DNA of 64,000 nucleotides, taken from Oscillospiraceae bacterium (lineage in GTDB: Bacteria > Bacillota > Clostridia > Oscillospirales > Ruminococcaceae). Under the pieces are notes generated by a model. That model searched no databases. It had not been told where the DNA came from and saw only the letters and a list, made by a program, of their open reading frames with translations. The position numbers and the translations under genes are program-made. Location of the stretch: positions 3,957 to 67,956 of the forward strand of contig JAFRMZ010000276.1 in the NCBI GenBank assembly GCA_017430465.1, given 5' to 3'. Positions 52,563 to 62,285 of the stretch are shown here, piece by piece (within the stretch, counting starts at the first letter, position 1; every line of letters starts with the position of its first letter).

Positions 52563-53070
52563 TTTTAATCGCCTCCGTCATCATTTTTTTGGCACGATAA
52601 TAGATTACTCTGGCAGAATTTTCACTGATATGCAGAGCATCCCCGATTTGTGCATAGCTCATATCCGCATATACACGGAGAATTGTCACATCCTGATATT
52701 TTTTCGGAAGTGACAGCAGGGCTTTTTTAGCGGCTTCCAGAAGAAACTGACGTTCAATGGTATCTTCCAGATGTTCGGTTGTCTCATGGGCATAATACTC
52801 CATAAGCGTTTCTGCACTGATACTTTCCAGATGATGCTTGTTTTTCCGCAGATAGCGATAATATGTATGCTTGGCAATAGAGGCAAGCCATGTAAATACA
52901 TCGCTGTCACCACGGAATCTGTAAAAGGAAACAAAAGCCTGATAGAATGTTTCCTGCGTCAGTTCCTCAGTCAAGTCCCTGTTTTCGGTCAGCTTATACA
53001 AAAACGCATAAATACGGGGAAAGTAATCTTTATATAAAATTTCAAATTCGTGTTTCATAACAGGAAACAC
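52546..53070 (-). CDS. ECF (sigma-70 family) RNA polymerase sigma factor
   Basis: 174 aa. Region 2 (DLTEELTQETFYQAFVSFYRFRG) and region 4 HTH (MSYAQIGDALHISENSARVIYYRAKKMM). Confidence 0.85.
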   Translation of the reverse strand: MFPVMKHEFEILYKDYFPRIYAFLYKLTENRDLTEELTQETFYQAFVSFYRFRGDSDVFTWLASIAKHTYYRYLRKNKHHLESISAETLMEYYAHETTEHLEDTIERQFLLEAAKKALLSLPKKYQDVTILRVYADMSYAQIGDALHISENSARVIYYRAKKMMTEAIKNEHEL

Positions 53071-53264
53071 CTCAGCTTTCTACTATAGTTAGTGTTTTAT
53101 CAGACCAAAATATTACAAAATTCTGTAAAAAAACATTCGTCATAATCAACAAAAAAATAAATAAATATTTGGCAATTATTTTTGTAACAAAATCCTGTAA
53201 GAAGTTACTAATTATTAAAAGCGTTTGCTTAATATGCGTGATTTTTAGGAGGCATAAATTTATT

Positions 53265-54221
53265 ATGAGTTTTCGTATTATAGGTACAGGGATGCATGTG
53301 CCGTCAAAAGTAGTCACAAATGATGATTTGGCACAGATTGTGGATACCAATGACGAATGGATTTCCAAACGAGTCGGTGTCAGGGAACGCCGTTTCTCTG
53401 AAGAAGAATTCGCATCGGAAATGGGCCTGAAAGCCGCACAGAATGCACTGGCAAATGCCGGTGTCAAAGCAGAGGAAATTGATGCTATCTTTGCTGCCAC
53501 TGTCAGCGGAGAAACCTCATCGCCGTCCATGTCATGCATGATTCAGAACGGCCTTGGCGTTTCCTGTATGGCAATGGATGTCAGTGCAGCATGTTCGGCA
53601 TTTCTCTTTCTGCTGGAAACCGCAGCGGCATTTTTTGCACTGCATAAAGAATTCAGAAAAATTCTGGTGGTCGGTACAGAGCGCATGAGTGGTATTCTGG
53701 ATTTCAACGACAGAAGTACCTGCGTTATCTTTGGTGATGGTGCAGGCGCAGCCGTACTGGAACGTGGTGAAAACTATCTGGATTCTGTCGTTACTGTCAA
53801 GGGCGGAGATACTGTTATCAAGATTCCGCACGGAAACGGCAATTCACCTTATTTCAAGAGAGAACAAGACTCTCCCTATATCCACATGCAGGGACAGGAA
53901 ACGTTCAAATATGCCGTAAATGCCATTTCGCAGGATATTACTGCTCTGCTGGAACGCAATCATCTGACAATGGATGACATCGCATGGATTGTACCGCATC
54001 AGGCAAACAAGAGAATCATCGACTTTGCAGCCAAGAGACTTGGCGTTTCTCAGGAGAAATTCTTCTGCAATATCGAAAAATACGGCAACACGTCCAGCGC
54101 ATCTGTCCCGATTGCTTTGGATGAACTCGCCAGAAGCGGTAACTTAAAACGTGGAGATAAAATCATTCTCTGCGCATTCGGCGGCGGCTTGTCTAATGCA
54201 GCCTGCCTGATAGAATGGTGA
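53265..54221 (+). CDS. fabH: 3-oxoacyl-ACP synthase III
   Basis: Start at ATG 53265 behind AGGAGG. Catalytic triad contexts AACSAF, VPHQAN and GNTSSAS. Confidence 0.92.
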   Translation: MSFRIIGTGMHVPSKVVTNDDLAQIVDTNDEWISKRVGVRERRFSEEEFASEMGLKAAQNALANAGVKAEEIDAIFAATVSGETSSPSMSCMIQNGLGVSCMAMDVSAACSAFLFLLETAAAFFALHKEFRKILVVGTERMSGILDFNDRSTCVIFGDGAGAAVLERGENYLDSVVTVKGGDTVIKIPHGNGNSPYFKREQDSPYIHMQGQETFKYAVNAISQDITALLERNHLTMDDIAWIVPHQANKRIIDFAAKRLGVSQEKFFCNIEKYGNTSSASVPIALDELARSGNLKRGDKIILCAFGGGLSNAACLIEW

Positions 54222-54288
54222 CTTCCGGAATATATCCGGTTCACATATATTTATAAATCTATTATATCATAAAAAGGAGAAAATTACA

Positions 54289-54510
54289 ATGGTACAGGAA
54301 AAAATTATCGAACTGCTCGCAGAAGCTACAGACACAGATGCTGCTGAAATCACCGCAGATACTGCTTTCGCAGATTTGGGCATCGACTCCCTCGACCTTA
54401 CCGAAATGGCTATGCAGCTTGAAGAAGAATTTGGCGTGGAAATCGAAATGAAACCCGAAATCAACACAGTCGGCAAACTGACAGAAGTTGTAGAAGCTCT
54501 CAGAGGTTAA
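54289..54510 (+). CDS. acpP: acyl carrier protein
   Basis: 73 aa. Phosphopantetheine attachment site DLGIDSLDLTE. Confidence 0.92.
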   Translation: MVQEKIIELLAEATDTDAAEITADTAFADLGIDSLDLTEMAMQLEEEFGVEIEMKPEINTVGKLTEVVEALRG

Positions 54511-54515
54511 TCAAC

Positions 54516-55466
54516 ATGATGCAGTCTCCGCTTTGTGAACTGCTCGGTATTTCCTATCCCGTCTTTCAAGGCGGTATGGCTTGGATTGCGGACGGCAGAC
54601 TTGCCGCCGCAGTCTCCAACGCCGGCGGACTGGGAATTATTTCGGCTATGAATGCCAATGCCGAGTATGTCAGAGAACAGATTCAGCTTGCAAAAAGCCT
54701 GACAGATAAGCCTTTCGGCGTGAATATTATGCTGATGAGCCCCTTTGCTGATGAATGCGCTCAGGTCTGCGCAGAAGAAAAACCGGCTGTCATCACAACA
54801 GGCGCAGGCAATGCAAGTAAATATATCCCTATGTGGAAAGAAGCCGGAATCAAAGTTATCCCGGTGATTGCTTCTGTCACAATGGCAAAGCAGGCCGAAA
54901 AGGCCGGCGCAGATGCCGTGATTGCAGAAGGACAGGAATCCGGCGGTCATATCGGCGAACTAACGACAATGGCACTTGTTCCGCAGGTTGTGGATGCTGT
55001 CAATATTCCGGTGCTTGCCGCCGGTGGTATCGGTGACGGCAGAGGCATCGCCGCCGCACTTATGCTTGGTGCTGTCGGTGTCCAGATGGGTACAAGATTT
55101 TTAGTCGCCAAAGAATGCGGTGTACATCAGAATTATAAAGACATGGTTCTGAAAGCCAAAGATATTTCCACACAGGTGACCGGCCGCAGATTCGGCGGAA
55201 ATACCTGCCGTGGTATCAAGAACAATTTTACCAGAAATTTTGTCAAGATGGAATTCGCTCCCGAAGCGACACAGGAAAGTGTTGCTGACCTCGGCGCAGG
55301 TTCTCTCCGGAAAGCCGCTGTTGACGGCGATGTCAAAAACGGAAGCGTTCTTGCCGGACAGATTTCCGGTCTTGTCGAAAAAGAACAGACCTGTCAGGAA
55401 ATAATTACTGAAATCATGCAGGAGGCAGAAAACTGCCTGAAAGGAGCACTGAAATGGGTAAAATAG
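54516..55466 (+). CDS. fabK: enoyl-ACP reductase II (FMN-dependent, nitronate monooxygenase fold)
   Basis: 316 aa. GGMAWI..., AGGIGDGRG. Position between acpP and fabD as in FabK-type clusters. Confidence 0.88.
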   Translation: MMQSPLCELLGISYPVFQGGMAWIADGRLAAAVSNAGGLGIISAMNANAEYVREQIQLAKSLTDKPFGVNIMLMSPFADECAQVCAEEKPAVITTGAGNASKYIPMWKEAGIKVIPVIASVTMAKQAEKAGADAVIAEGQESGGHIGELTTMALVPQVVDAVNIPVLAAGGIGDGRGIAAALMLGAVGVQMGTRFLVAKECGVHQNYKDMVLKAKDISTQVTGRRFGGNTCRGIKNNFTRNFVKMEFAPEATQESVADLGAGSLRKAAVDGDVKNGSVLAGQISGLVEKEQTCQEIITEIMQEAENCLKGALKWVK

Positions 55467-56368
55467 CATTTGTATTTTCCGGTCAGGGTGCGCAGTATGT
55501 CGGTATGGGCAAGGAATTTTATGACACCATTCCGGCGGTCAAGAATCTTTATGATGCTTGTGAAACTATCCGTCCCGGCACAATCGAACAGAGCTTTACT
55601 GGTGACCCTGAAAATCTGAAACAGACAGAAAATACACAGCCTTGCTTGTATCTGGCAGATTTAGCCGCTGCTCTGGCTCTGAAAGAAAACGGCATCGCAC
55701 CGGACGGGCTGGCTGGCTTTTCTCTTGGTGAAATCCCTGCTCTTGCGCTCGGCGGTGCATATTCTCTCGAAGACGGCTTTAAAATTGCCTCTGTTCGTGG
55801 AAAAGCCATGGCAGAAGCCTCTAAGGGTGTCGAGGCCTCTATGATGGCAGTTGTCAGAATTCCATCTGAAAAAGCAGAAGAACTCGCAAAGCCTTATGAT
55901 AAAATCTTTCCGGTGAATTACAACTCTCCTATGCAGTTGGTGTTCTCCGGCGATAAAGAACAGCTTGAAGCTTTCGGCGCAGATGTCAAGAATGCTAAGG
56001 GCAGAGGCCTGATGCTGAAAGTCAGCGGTGCATTCCATTCTCCCTATATGACTCCCGCAGTTGAGCCGTTCAGAAAAGCTCTCGAATCTTTTGCAGTCAA
56101 GCTTCCGGAAATTCCGGTGTATGCAAACTATACCGCCTCACCTTATGAGAATGACCCAAAAGCACTTATGCTCGAACAGGTGAATCACCCTGTACAGTGG
56201 ACAAAGTTAATCCGCCGTATGGCAGATGACGGCTTTGATACATTCATCGAAACTGGTGTCGGCGCAACGTTGCAGAAATTAATTACCCAGATTCTTCCTG
56301 ATGCAAAAGCATATCAGATAGACAGCACAGAGTCTCTCCAAACAGTTCTGGAAACTCTGAAATCTTAA
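55454..56368 (+). CDS. fabD: malonyl-CoA:ACP transacylase
   Basis: 304 aa. FSGQGAQY and the active-site GFSLGE. Confidence 0.92.
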   Translation: MGKIAFVFSGQGAQYVGMGKEFYDTIPAVKNLYDACETIRPGTIEQSFTGDPENLKQTENTQPCLYLADLAAALALKENGIAPDGLAGFSLGEIPALALGGAYSLEDGFKIASVRGKAMAEASKGVEASMMAVVRIPSEKAEELAKPYDKIFPVNYNSPMQLVFSGDKEQLEAFGADVKNAKGRGLMLKVSGAFHSPYMTPAVEPFRKALESFAVKLPEIPVYANYTASPYENDPKALMLEQVNHPVQWTKLIRRMADDGFDTFIETGVGATLQKLITQILPDAKAYQIDSTESLQTVLETLKS

Positions 56369-56401
56369 TTATAATATCAGATACGAAAGGACGAAACCCC
56401 C

Positions 56402-57136
56402 ATGCTAAGAAATAAGATTGCTGTTGTGACCGGCGGTTCACAGGGCATCGGATTGGAAATATGTAAGAAATTCGCAGAAAACGGCGCAGGTATTGCAATT
56501 GTGGATATTAATCCGCCTGAAAAACTGGAATCTGCCGTGCAGGAAATTGCACAGGCTGGTGTACAGGTAAAGGCTTATCAGTGCAATGTGGCAGACAGCG
56601 CACAGGTTGCCGAAGTCTGCAAGCAGATTCTGACTGATTTCGGCAGTGTGGACATTCTGGTCAATAACGCCGGCATCACAAAGGACAATCTGATTCTCCG
56701 CATGAGCGAAGCAGATTTCGATGCCGTGATTGATGTCAATCTCAAAGGCGCATTTTATATGACAAAGAATTTCTACCGCCCCATGATGAAGAAAAAATAC
56801 GGAAAGATTATCAATATCAGTTCTGTATCCGGACTGTTCGGCAATATCGGTCAGGCAAATTATGCAGCATCCAAGGCAGGCATCATCGGCCTGACAAAAT
56901 CTACCGCAAAGGAACTCGCCGCAAAGGGTGTATGCTGCAATGCAATTGCACCGGGCTTTATCATGACCAGTATGACAACCAGTTTTCAGAATAACGAAGA
57001 ATTGAAAAAATCCATTCCGGTCGGACATTTCGGAAAGCCGGAAGATGTAGCTGCACTGGCACTGTTTCTGGCATCACCCCAGTCAGATTTCATCACGGGC
57101 GAAGTCATCCGTGTTGACGGCGGTATGGCAATGTAA
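56402..57136 (+). CDS. fabG: 3-oxoacyl-ACP reductase
   Basis: 244 aa. SDR motifs TGGSQGIG, NNAG and YAASKAG. Confidence 0.92.
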   Translation: MLRNKIAVVTGGSQGIGLEICKKFAENGAGIAIVDINPPEKLESAVQEIAQAGVQVKAYQCNVADSAQVAEVCKQILTDFGSVDILVNNAGITKDNLILRMSEADFDAVIDVNLKGAFYMTKNFYRPMMKKKYGKIINISSVSGLFGNIGQANYAASKAGIIGLTKSTAKELAAKGVCCNAIAPGFIMTSMTTSFQNNEELKKSIPVGHFGKPEDVAALALFLASPQSDFITGEVIRVDGGMAM

Positions 57137-57151
57137 GGAGGAATATGCTTC

Positions 57152-58405
57152 ATGAGAAGAATCGTCATCACAGGTATGGGCGCAGTCACTCCCATTGGAA
57201 ATTCTGTTGAAGAATTTCAGAAAGCCCTGTTTGCCGGAGAAAACGGCATCGGCCTGATTACAAAATTTGATATTTCAGAATCTAAATATAAAGTAGCCGG
57301 CGAAATCAAGAATCTTGATACGGCAGCCGTTCTGGGCAAGCCTTTTGTCCGTAAGTCTGACCCGTTCACACAGTTTGCAGTCATCGCCGCTAACGAAGCA
57401 ATGGCGCAGAGTGGGCTGAATGCTGACCCCGAAAAAGGCGAAATCAATATTGATTCTGAAAGAATGGGCGTATGTTTCGGTTCAGGCATCGGCGGTATTG
57501 ATACACTTTGCACTGACCATAAGAATCTTCTGGAAAAAGGTGCAAGAAAAGTATCTCCGCATTTTGTCCCGAAGATGATTTATAATATCGCAGCCGGAAA
57601 TATTGCAATTCAGTTTAAGGCAAACGGCCCTTGCACCGCAGTTTCTACTGCATGTGCAACCGGTGCGACCGCTGTCGGCGAAGGTTACAGGAGCATTCTG
57701 CATGGCTATGCTGATGTGATGATTTGCGGAGGTTCAGAAGCTGGCATCATGCCTCTGACTGTTGCAGGATTCGGCAACTGTCAGGCACTGACAGACAATC
57801 CCGACCCCGAAAAGGCCTGCCGTCCGTTCGACAAGAACCGGAACGGTTTCGTTATGGCTGAGGGCGCAGGTGTCATGATTCTGGAAGAATATGAACACGC
57901 AAAACGGAGAGGTGCAAATATTATCGCTGAAGTGTGCGGTTATGGTGCAACTTGTGATGCCCATCATGTAACTGCTCCCGACCCAGAAGCCACGCAGGTG
58001 GCAAAGGCATTTTTACAGGCCATTCCGGAAGATATGAAAGATACACTGGATTATTCCAAAATCTATATCAATGCGCATGGCACAAGCACTCCTCTGAACG
58101 ACAAGACAGAAACAACTGCTCTGAAAAAGGCGTTCGGCGAAAATGCAAAGAAACTGCATATCAGCTCCAGCAAGTCCATGACCGGACACATGCTCGGCGC
58201 AACCGGTACGGTAGAGGCGATTGCGGCTGTTCTGGCACTGGTAAATAATACCGTTCCGCCGACAATTCACTATGAAGAACCCGACCCCGAATGTGATTTG
58301 GATTATACTCCCAATGTTGCAGTAGAAACTCCGATAGAACTGGCGATGTCTTCCAATCTGGGCTTCGGCGGTCACAATGCTGTACTGTCATTCCGCAAAA
58401 TCTGA
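57152..58405 (+). CDS. fabF: 3-oxoacyl-ACP synthase II
   Basis: 417 aa. ACATG, HGTSTPLND and GHMLGATG. Confidence 0.92.
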   Translation: MRRIVITGMGAVTPIGNSVEEFQKALFAGENGIGLITKFDISESKYKVAGEIKNLDTAAVLGKPFVRKSDPFTQFAVIAANEAMAQSGLNADPEKGEINIDSERMGVCFGSGIGGIDTLCTDHKNLLEKGARKVSPHFVPKMIYNIAAGNIAIQFKANGPCTAVSTACATGATAVGEGYRSILHGYADVMICGGSEAGIMPLTVAGFGNCQALTDNPDPEKACRPFDKNRNGFVMAEGAGVMILEEYEHAKRRGANIIAEVCGYGATCDAHHVTAPDPEATQVAKAFLQAIPEDMKDTLDYSKIYINAHGTSTPLNDKTETTALKKAFGENAKKLHISSSKSMTGHMLGATGTVEAIAAVLALVNNTVPPTIHYEEPDPECDLDYTPNVAVETPIELAMSSNLGFGGHNAVLSFRKI

Positions 58406-58415
58406 GGTGAACCGC

Positions 58416-58829
58416 ATGACAAAAGAAGAAATTATGCAGATTATTCCGCATCGTGACAACATGCTTCTTATTGATGAAGCTTATGTAGAAGACGGAAAAG
58501 CACACGGAAAACACTATGTCACCGGAGAAGAATTCTTCCTGAAAGGCCATTTTCCGGAGAATCCGGTTGTGCCGGGCGTGATTCAGTGCGAAATTCTCGC
58601 ACAGTCTGCCTGCGTTCTGCTTGCAGGAACTTCCGCAGGCAAAACCCCTTATTTTACCGGCCTGAATAACGTAAAATTCAAGACCCCCGTAAAACCCGGC
58701 GATGTGTTTGAGACAGAATGTGAAATCATCAAGAGCAAAGGCGCATTTTATTTCTGCAAGGGAAAAGGTACAGTCAACGGCAAACTCTGCGTTTCTGCTG
58801 AATTTTCTTTTGCACTCGTGGAGGCGTAA
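58416..58829 (+). CDS. fabZ: 3-hydroxyacyl-ACP dehydratase
   Basis: Start at ATG 58416 (MTKEEIMQIIPHRDNMLLID) behind GAGGTGA. HFPENPVVPGV motif. Confidence 0.9.
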   Translation: MTKEEIMQIIPHRDNMLLIDEAYVEDGKAHGKHYVTGEEFFLKGHFPENPVVPGVIQCEILAQSACVLLAGTSAGKTPYFTGLNNVKFKTPVKPGDVFETECEIIKSKGAFYFCKGKGTVNGKLCVSAEFSFALVEA

Positions 58830-58835
58830 AAAAGA

Positions 58836-59648
58836 ATGAGCTTTATTGATAATATTATGCAGAAAGTCAATGGTTCGGCAAAAGTTACCTGTAAAAAATG
58901 CAGTCATGAAGATACACTCAGCAATCTGGAACAGCATGATTATATCTGTCCGGAATGCGGTACGTATTTCCGTCTCGATGCCAGAGCCAGAATTAAGTAT
59001 ATCACTGACCGCAACAGTTTCAAAGAACTGGATAAGGGTCTGTTCAGCAAGGACTTTCTGGAATTTCCGAACTATCAGGATAAACTGGAAAAAGCCCGTC
59101 ATGATACCGGCGAAGATGATGCTGTTGTCTGCGGTACAGCGTTTATTGCAGATAACGAATGTGCTGTTTTTGTGATGAATTCTAAATTTATCATGGCAAG
59201 TATGGGCAGTGTTGTCGGTGAAAAAATCACCAGATTGTTTGAATATGCAACGGAACATCAGCTTCCGGTTGTCGGCTTTACGGCATCCGGCGGAGCAAGA
59301 ATGCAGGAAGGCGTCATCTCCCTTATGCAGATGGCAAAAGTCAGCGGTGCAGTCAAGAATCACAGCAATGCAGGACTGTTATATATCACCGTCCTGACTG
59401 ACCCGACAACAGGCGGTGTCACCGCAAGCTTTGCGATGCAGGGTGATATTATCCTCGCAGAACCGAAAGCACTTGTCGGTTTCGCAGGTCGCCGTGTTGT
59501 GGAACAGACTACCAAAAGCAAATTGCCGGATAACTTCCAGAAAGCAGAATTTCTGCTCGAACACGGCTTTGTAGATGCCATTGTTCCCCGTCCGGAACTT
59601 CGTGATACTATTGCAGAACTGCTCACGATTCATAAAAGGAGCGTGTAA
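58836..59648 (+). CDS. accD: acetyl-CoA carboxylase carboxyltransferase beta subunit
   Basis: 270 aa. N-terminal zinc ribbon CKKC...CPECG and the carboxyltransferase domain. Confidence 0.9.
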   Translation: MSFIDNIMQKVNGSAKVTCKKCSHEDTLSNLEQHDYICPECGTYFRLDARARIKYITDRNSFKELDKGLFSKDFLEFPNYQDKLEKARHDTGEDDAVVCGTAFIADNECAVFVMNSKFIMASMGSVVGEKITRLFEYATEHQLPVVGFTASGGARMQEGVISLMQMAKVSGAVKNHSNAGLLYITVLTDPTTGGVTASFAMQGDIILAEPKALVGFAGRRVVEQTTKSKLPDNFQKAEFLLEHGFVDAIVPRPELRDTIAELLTIHKRSV

Positions 59649-59651
59649 TTC

Positions 59652-60470
59652 ATGAATTCTTATGTGAAACTGAAAACTGCCAGAAAAAATGGCCGTCCTA
59701 CCGGCGGTGCTTATGTAAATGAAATTTTTGAATTTCCTATCGAACTGCACGGAGACAGACGATATGGCGATGACTTGGCCATTATGGGAGGCGTAGGCTT
59801 TCTGGATGGCCGTCCCGTGACATTCCTCGCAATGGAAAAAGGTACGGATTTGGAAAGCCGTCTTGCACGTAATTTCGGCTGTCCTAAGCCCGAAGGCTAT
59901 CGAAAGGCTCTCAGACTCATGAAACAGGCCGAAAAATTTCATCGTCCTGTCATCTGCTTTGTGGATACGCTCGGCGCATATCCCGGTGCAGATGCCGAAG
60001 AACGTGGTCAGGGACAGGCAATTGCAGAGAGCATCATGGAAATGATGGGACTCAGAACACCAGTGATTTCCGTTGTCATCGGCGAAGGCGGAAGCGGCGG
60101 CGCACTCGCCCTTGCAAGTGCCAATAAAGTCATGATTCTGGAAAATGCTGTTTATTCTGTCATTTCTCCGGAAGGATGCGCAAGTATCCTCTGGAAGGAA
60201 TCCAGTCAGGAAAATGTGGCAAAGGCCGCAGAATGCCTGCATATCACTGCGCAGGATATGAAAGAATTTGAAGTCGCAGAAGAAATTATTCCCGAAGATT
60301 TTGACAATTTCGGCAAAATGTGCGCAGGACTGAAAGGAACTTTAATCGAAGCCGTGGATGAGCTCTCTGCTCTTTCTGAAGAAGAAGTGCTGAATCAGCG
60401 GTATCAGAGATTCCGCAAGTTCGGTATTTTTGAAGAAAAACGCAGTGGAATTTTTAAAAAAAATAAATAA
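59652..60470 (+). CDS. accA: acetyl-CoA carboxylase carboxyltransferase alpha subunit
   Basis: 272 aa. FVDTLGAYPG and GEGGSGGALA motifs. Confidence 0.9.
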   Translation: MNSYVKLKTARKNGRPTGGAYVNEIFEFPIELHGDRRYGDDLAIMGGVGFLDGRPVTFLAMEKGTDLESRLARNFGCPKPEGYRKALRLMKQAEKFHRPVICFVDTLGAYPGADAEERGQGQAIAESIMEMMGLRTPVISVVIGEGGSGGALALASANKVMILENAVYSVISPEGCASILWKESSQENVAKAAECLHITAQDMKEFEVAEEIIPEDFDNFGKMCAGLKGTLIEAVDELSALSEEEVLNQRYQRFRKFGIFEEKRSGIFKKNK

Positions 60471-60473
60471 GAA

Positions 60474-60500
60474 ATACCCCCTCTGTAACAGAGGGGGGTA
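60474..60500 (+). terminator. hairpin after accA
   Basis: 12-bp perfect stem ataccccctctg / cagaggggggtat with 3-nt loop. The downstream T-run is weak. Confidence 0.5.
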
Positions 60501-60592
60501 TCTGCTGTCATATACATATATTTTTGTATATGATATATGTTTTTTATGTTTTGTTTGACAATAGTCGATTATCAATAAGGGAGGATTTGCTT

Positions 60593-62233
60593 ATGAAACC
60601 ATTGTATCAGAAATACAGCCGTGCAGAATTTGACAAAGACGGACATTTTACCGGTTTTTCCCTGCATTATGATGAAAATTATAATTTTGCATACGATGTT
60701 GTGGACGAAATCGCCAGACAAGAACCGGATAAAAAAGCAATTATCTGGTGCGATGAGCATGATAATGAAAAAATACTTACGTTTCAGGAAATCAGCGAGT
60801 TATCCTCCAAGGCTGCTAATTTTTTTCTCAGTCAGGGAATCCGCAAGGGAGACAGAGTATTGCTGATGCTCAAACGGCATTATGAATACTGGTATCTGCA
60901 TATTGCACTGCATAAGATAGGTGCGCTTTCTATTCCGGCGACACATATGCTCCAGTCTCATGATATTGCATACAGAATCGAGGCCGCAGGGGTAAAAGCT
61001 ATTATATGCGCCGAAGATGAGAATCTTTGCAGTCGTGTTCGGAAAGCAGTGCAGGATAAAAATTTATTGCTGTATACCGTCAGACAACAGCGTGAAGGCT
61101 TTCTCTGCCTCGATGCGCCTGTTGCACAGGCTTCTCCGGAGCTGAAACGAATCCCTACAAAAGTTACTGACCCTATGATTATGTATTTTACGTCCGGCAC
61201 AACGGGCAATCCGAAAATGGCAGTGCATAATTATACATATTCGTTGGCGCATATCGTCACTGCGAAATACTGGCAGTGCGTGAAAGATAACGGTCTGCAT
61301 CTAAGCGTTGCCGATACCGGCTGGGCTAAGGCCTCATGGGGAAAACTTTACGGACAGTGGCTCTGCGGATGTACTGTCATGGTGTATGAATTTGAACGTT
61401 TCAACAGCGAAAAGATGATGCAGGTGCTCCAGAAATATCAGGTTACCAGTTTCTGCGCACCGCCAACACTGTTCCGGCTGATGGCTAAAAATGGTATCCG
61501 CAAAGAAGCCGTTGCAAGCGTGGAACATGCTTCTACTGCCGGAGAAGCCCTTCAGGAAGAAATTATCAGACTGTTTTATGAAAAAACAGGGCTGGAAATT
61601 ATGGAAGGCTTCGGCCAGAGCGAAACTGTTCTGATTATCGGCAATTTTAAAGGCTCTCATCCGAAACGTGGTTCAATGGGCAAGCCGAACCCTCTGTATC
61701 ATGTCATGCTCGTGGACAGGGAACAGAAGCCCGTCAAGGCCGGCGAACAGGGCGAAATTGTTATTGATACCCGAAACCGTATGCCGGAAGGCCTCTGTCA
61801 GGGCTATGAGCGCAATGCTGATGCCAATGCCCGCTACTGGAAAAATGGTATTTTCCATACCGGCGATACAGCTTATTATGATGAAGAGGGCTATTATTAT
61901 TATATTGGCCGTCTGGATGATGTTATCAAATCCAGCGGTTACAGAATCGGCCCTTTTGAAGTGGAAAGTGTCCTGATTCAGCATGAAGCAGTTCTGGAAT
62001 GCGCTGTCACCGGTGTGCCGGATGCCGAACGTGGTCAGCTTGTCAAGGCAACTGTTGTTCTTCGGGAAGGTTATCAGCCAAGTGAAGCCCTCAGCGAAGA
62101 AATCAGACAGTTTGCAAAAGAACGGCTGGCCGGATATAAATATCCCAGAATTATCGCATTTGCAGATTCCCTTCCGAAAACAACCAGCGGAAAAATCTGC
62201 TATAATCAGATTCGGGAGAAAGACTGGAATTAA
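60593..62233 (+). CDS. AMP-forming acyl-CoA synthetase (medium-chain / ACSM-like)
   Basis: Start at ATG 60593 (MKPLYQKYSRAEF) behind GGGAGGA. AMP-binding motif YFTSGTTGNPKM, plus GYYYYIGRLDDVIKSSGYRIGP and PKTTSGKI. Confidence 0.88.
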   Translation: MKPLYQKYSRAEFDKDGHFTGFSLHYDENYNFAYDVVDEIARQEPDKKAIIWCDEHDNEKILTFQEISELSSKAANFFLSQGIRKGDRVLLMLKRHYEYWYLHIALHKIGALSIPATHMLQSHDIAYRIEAAGVKAIICAEDENLCSRVRKAVQDKNLLLYTVRQQREGFLCLDAPVAQASPELKRIPTKVTDPMIMYFTSGTTGNPKMAVHNYTYSLAHIVTAKYWQCVKDNGLHLSVADTGWAKASWGKLYGQWLCGCTVMVYEFERFNSEKMMQVLQKYQVTSFCAPPTLFRLMAKNGIRKEAVASVEHASTAGEALQEEIIRLFYEKTGLEIMEGFGQSETVLIIGNFKGSHPKRGSMGKPNPLYHVMLVDREQKPVKAGEQGEIVIDTRNRMPEGLCQGYERNADANARYWKNGIFHTGDTAYYDEEGYYYYIGRLDDVIKSSGYRIGPFEVESVLIQHEAVLECAVTGVPDAERGQLVKATVVLREGYQPSEALSEEIRQFAKERLAGYKYPRIIAFADSLPKTTSGKICYNQIREKDWN

Positions 62234-62246
62234 AACAAGATAAAAA

Positions 62247-62285
62247 ACGACAGCAGAAATCAGTCTGCTGTCGTTTGCTTTTTCT
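62247..62285. terminator. bidirectional hairpin overlapping the 3' end of the convergent membrane-protein gene
   Basis: Stem acgacagcag / ctgctgtcgt followed by a TTGCTTTTT tract. Confidence 0.6.

Noticed and set aside
58161-60242. Two long minus-strand ORFs (58161..59363, 400 aa; 59379..60242, 287 aa)
   Set aside because: They are antisense to fabF/fabZ/accD/accA, all of which carry catalytic motifs. Their translations are Cys/Phe-rich without motifs.
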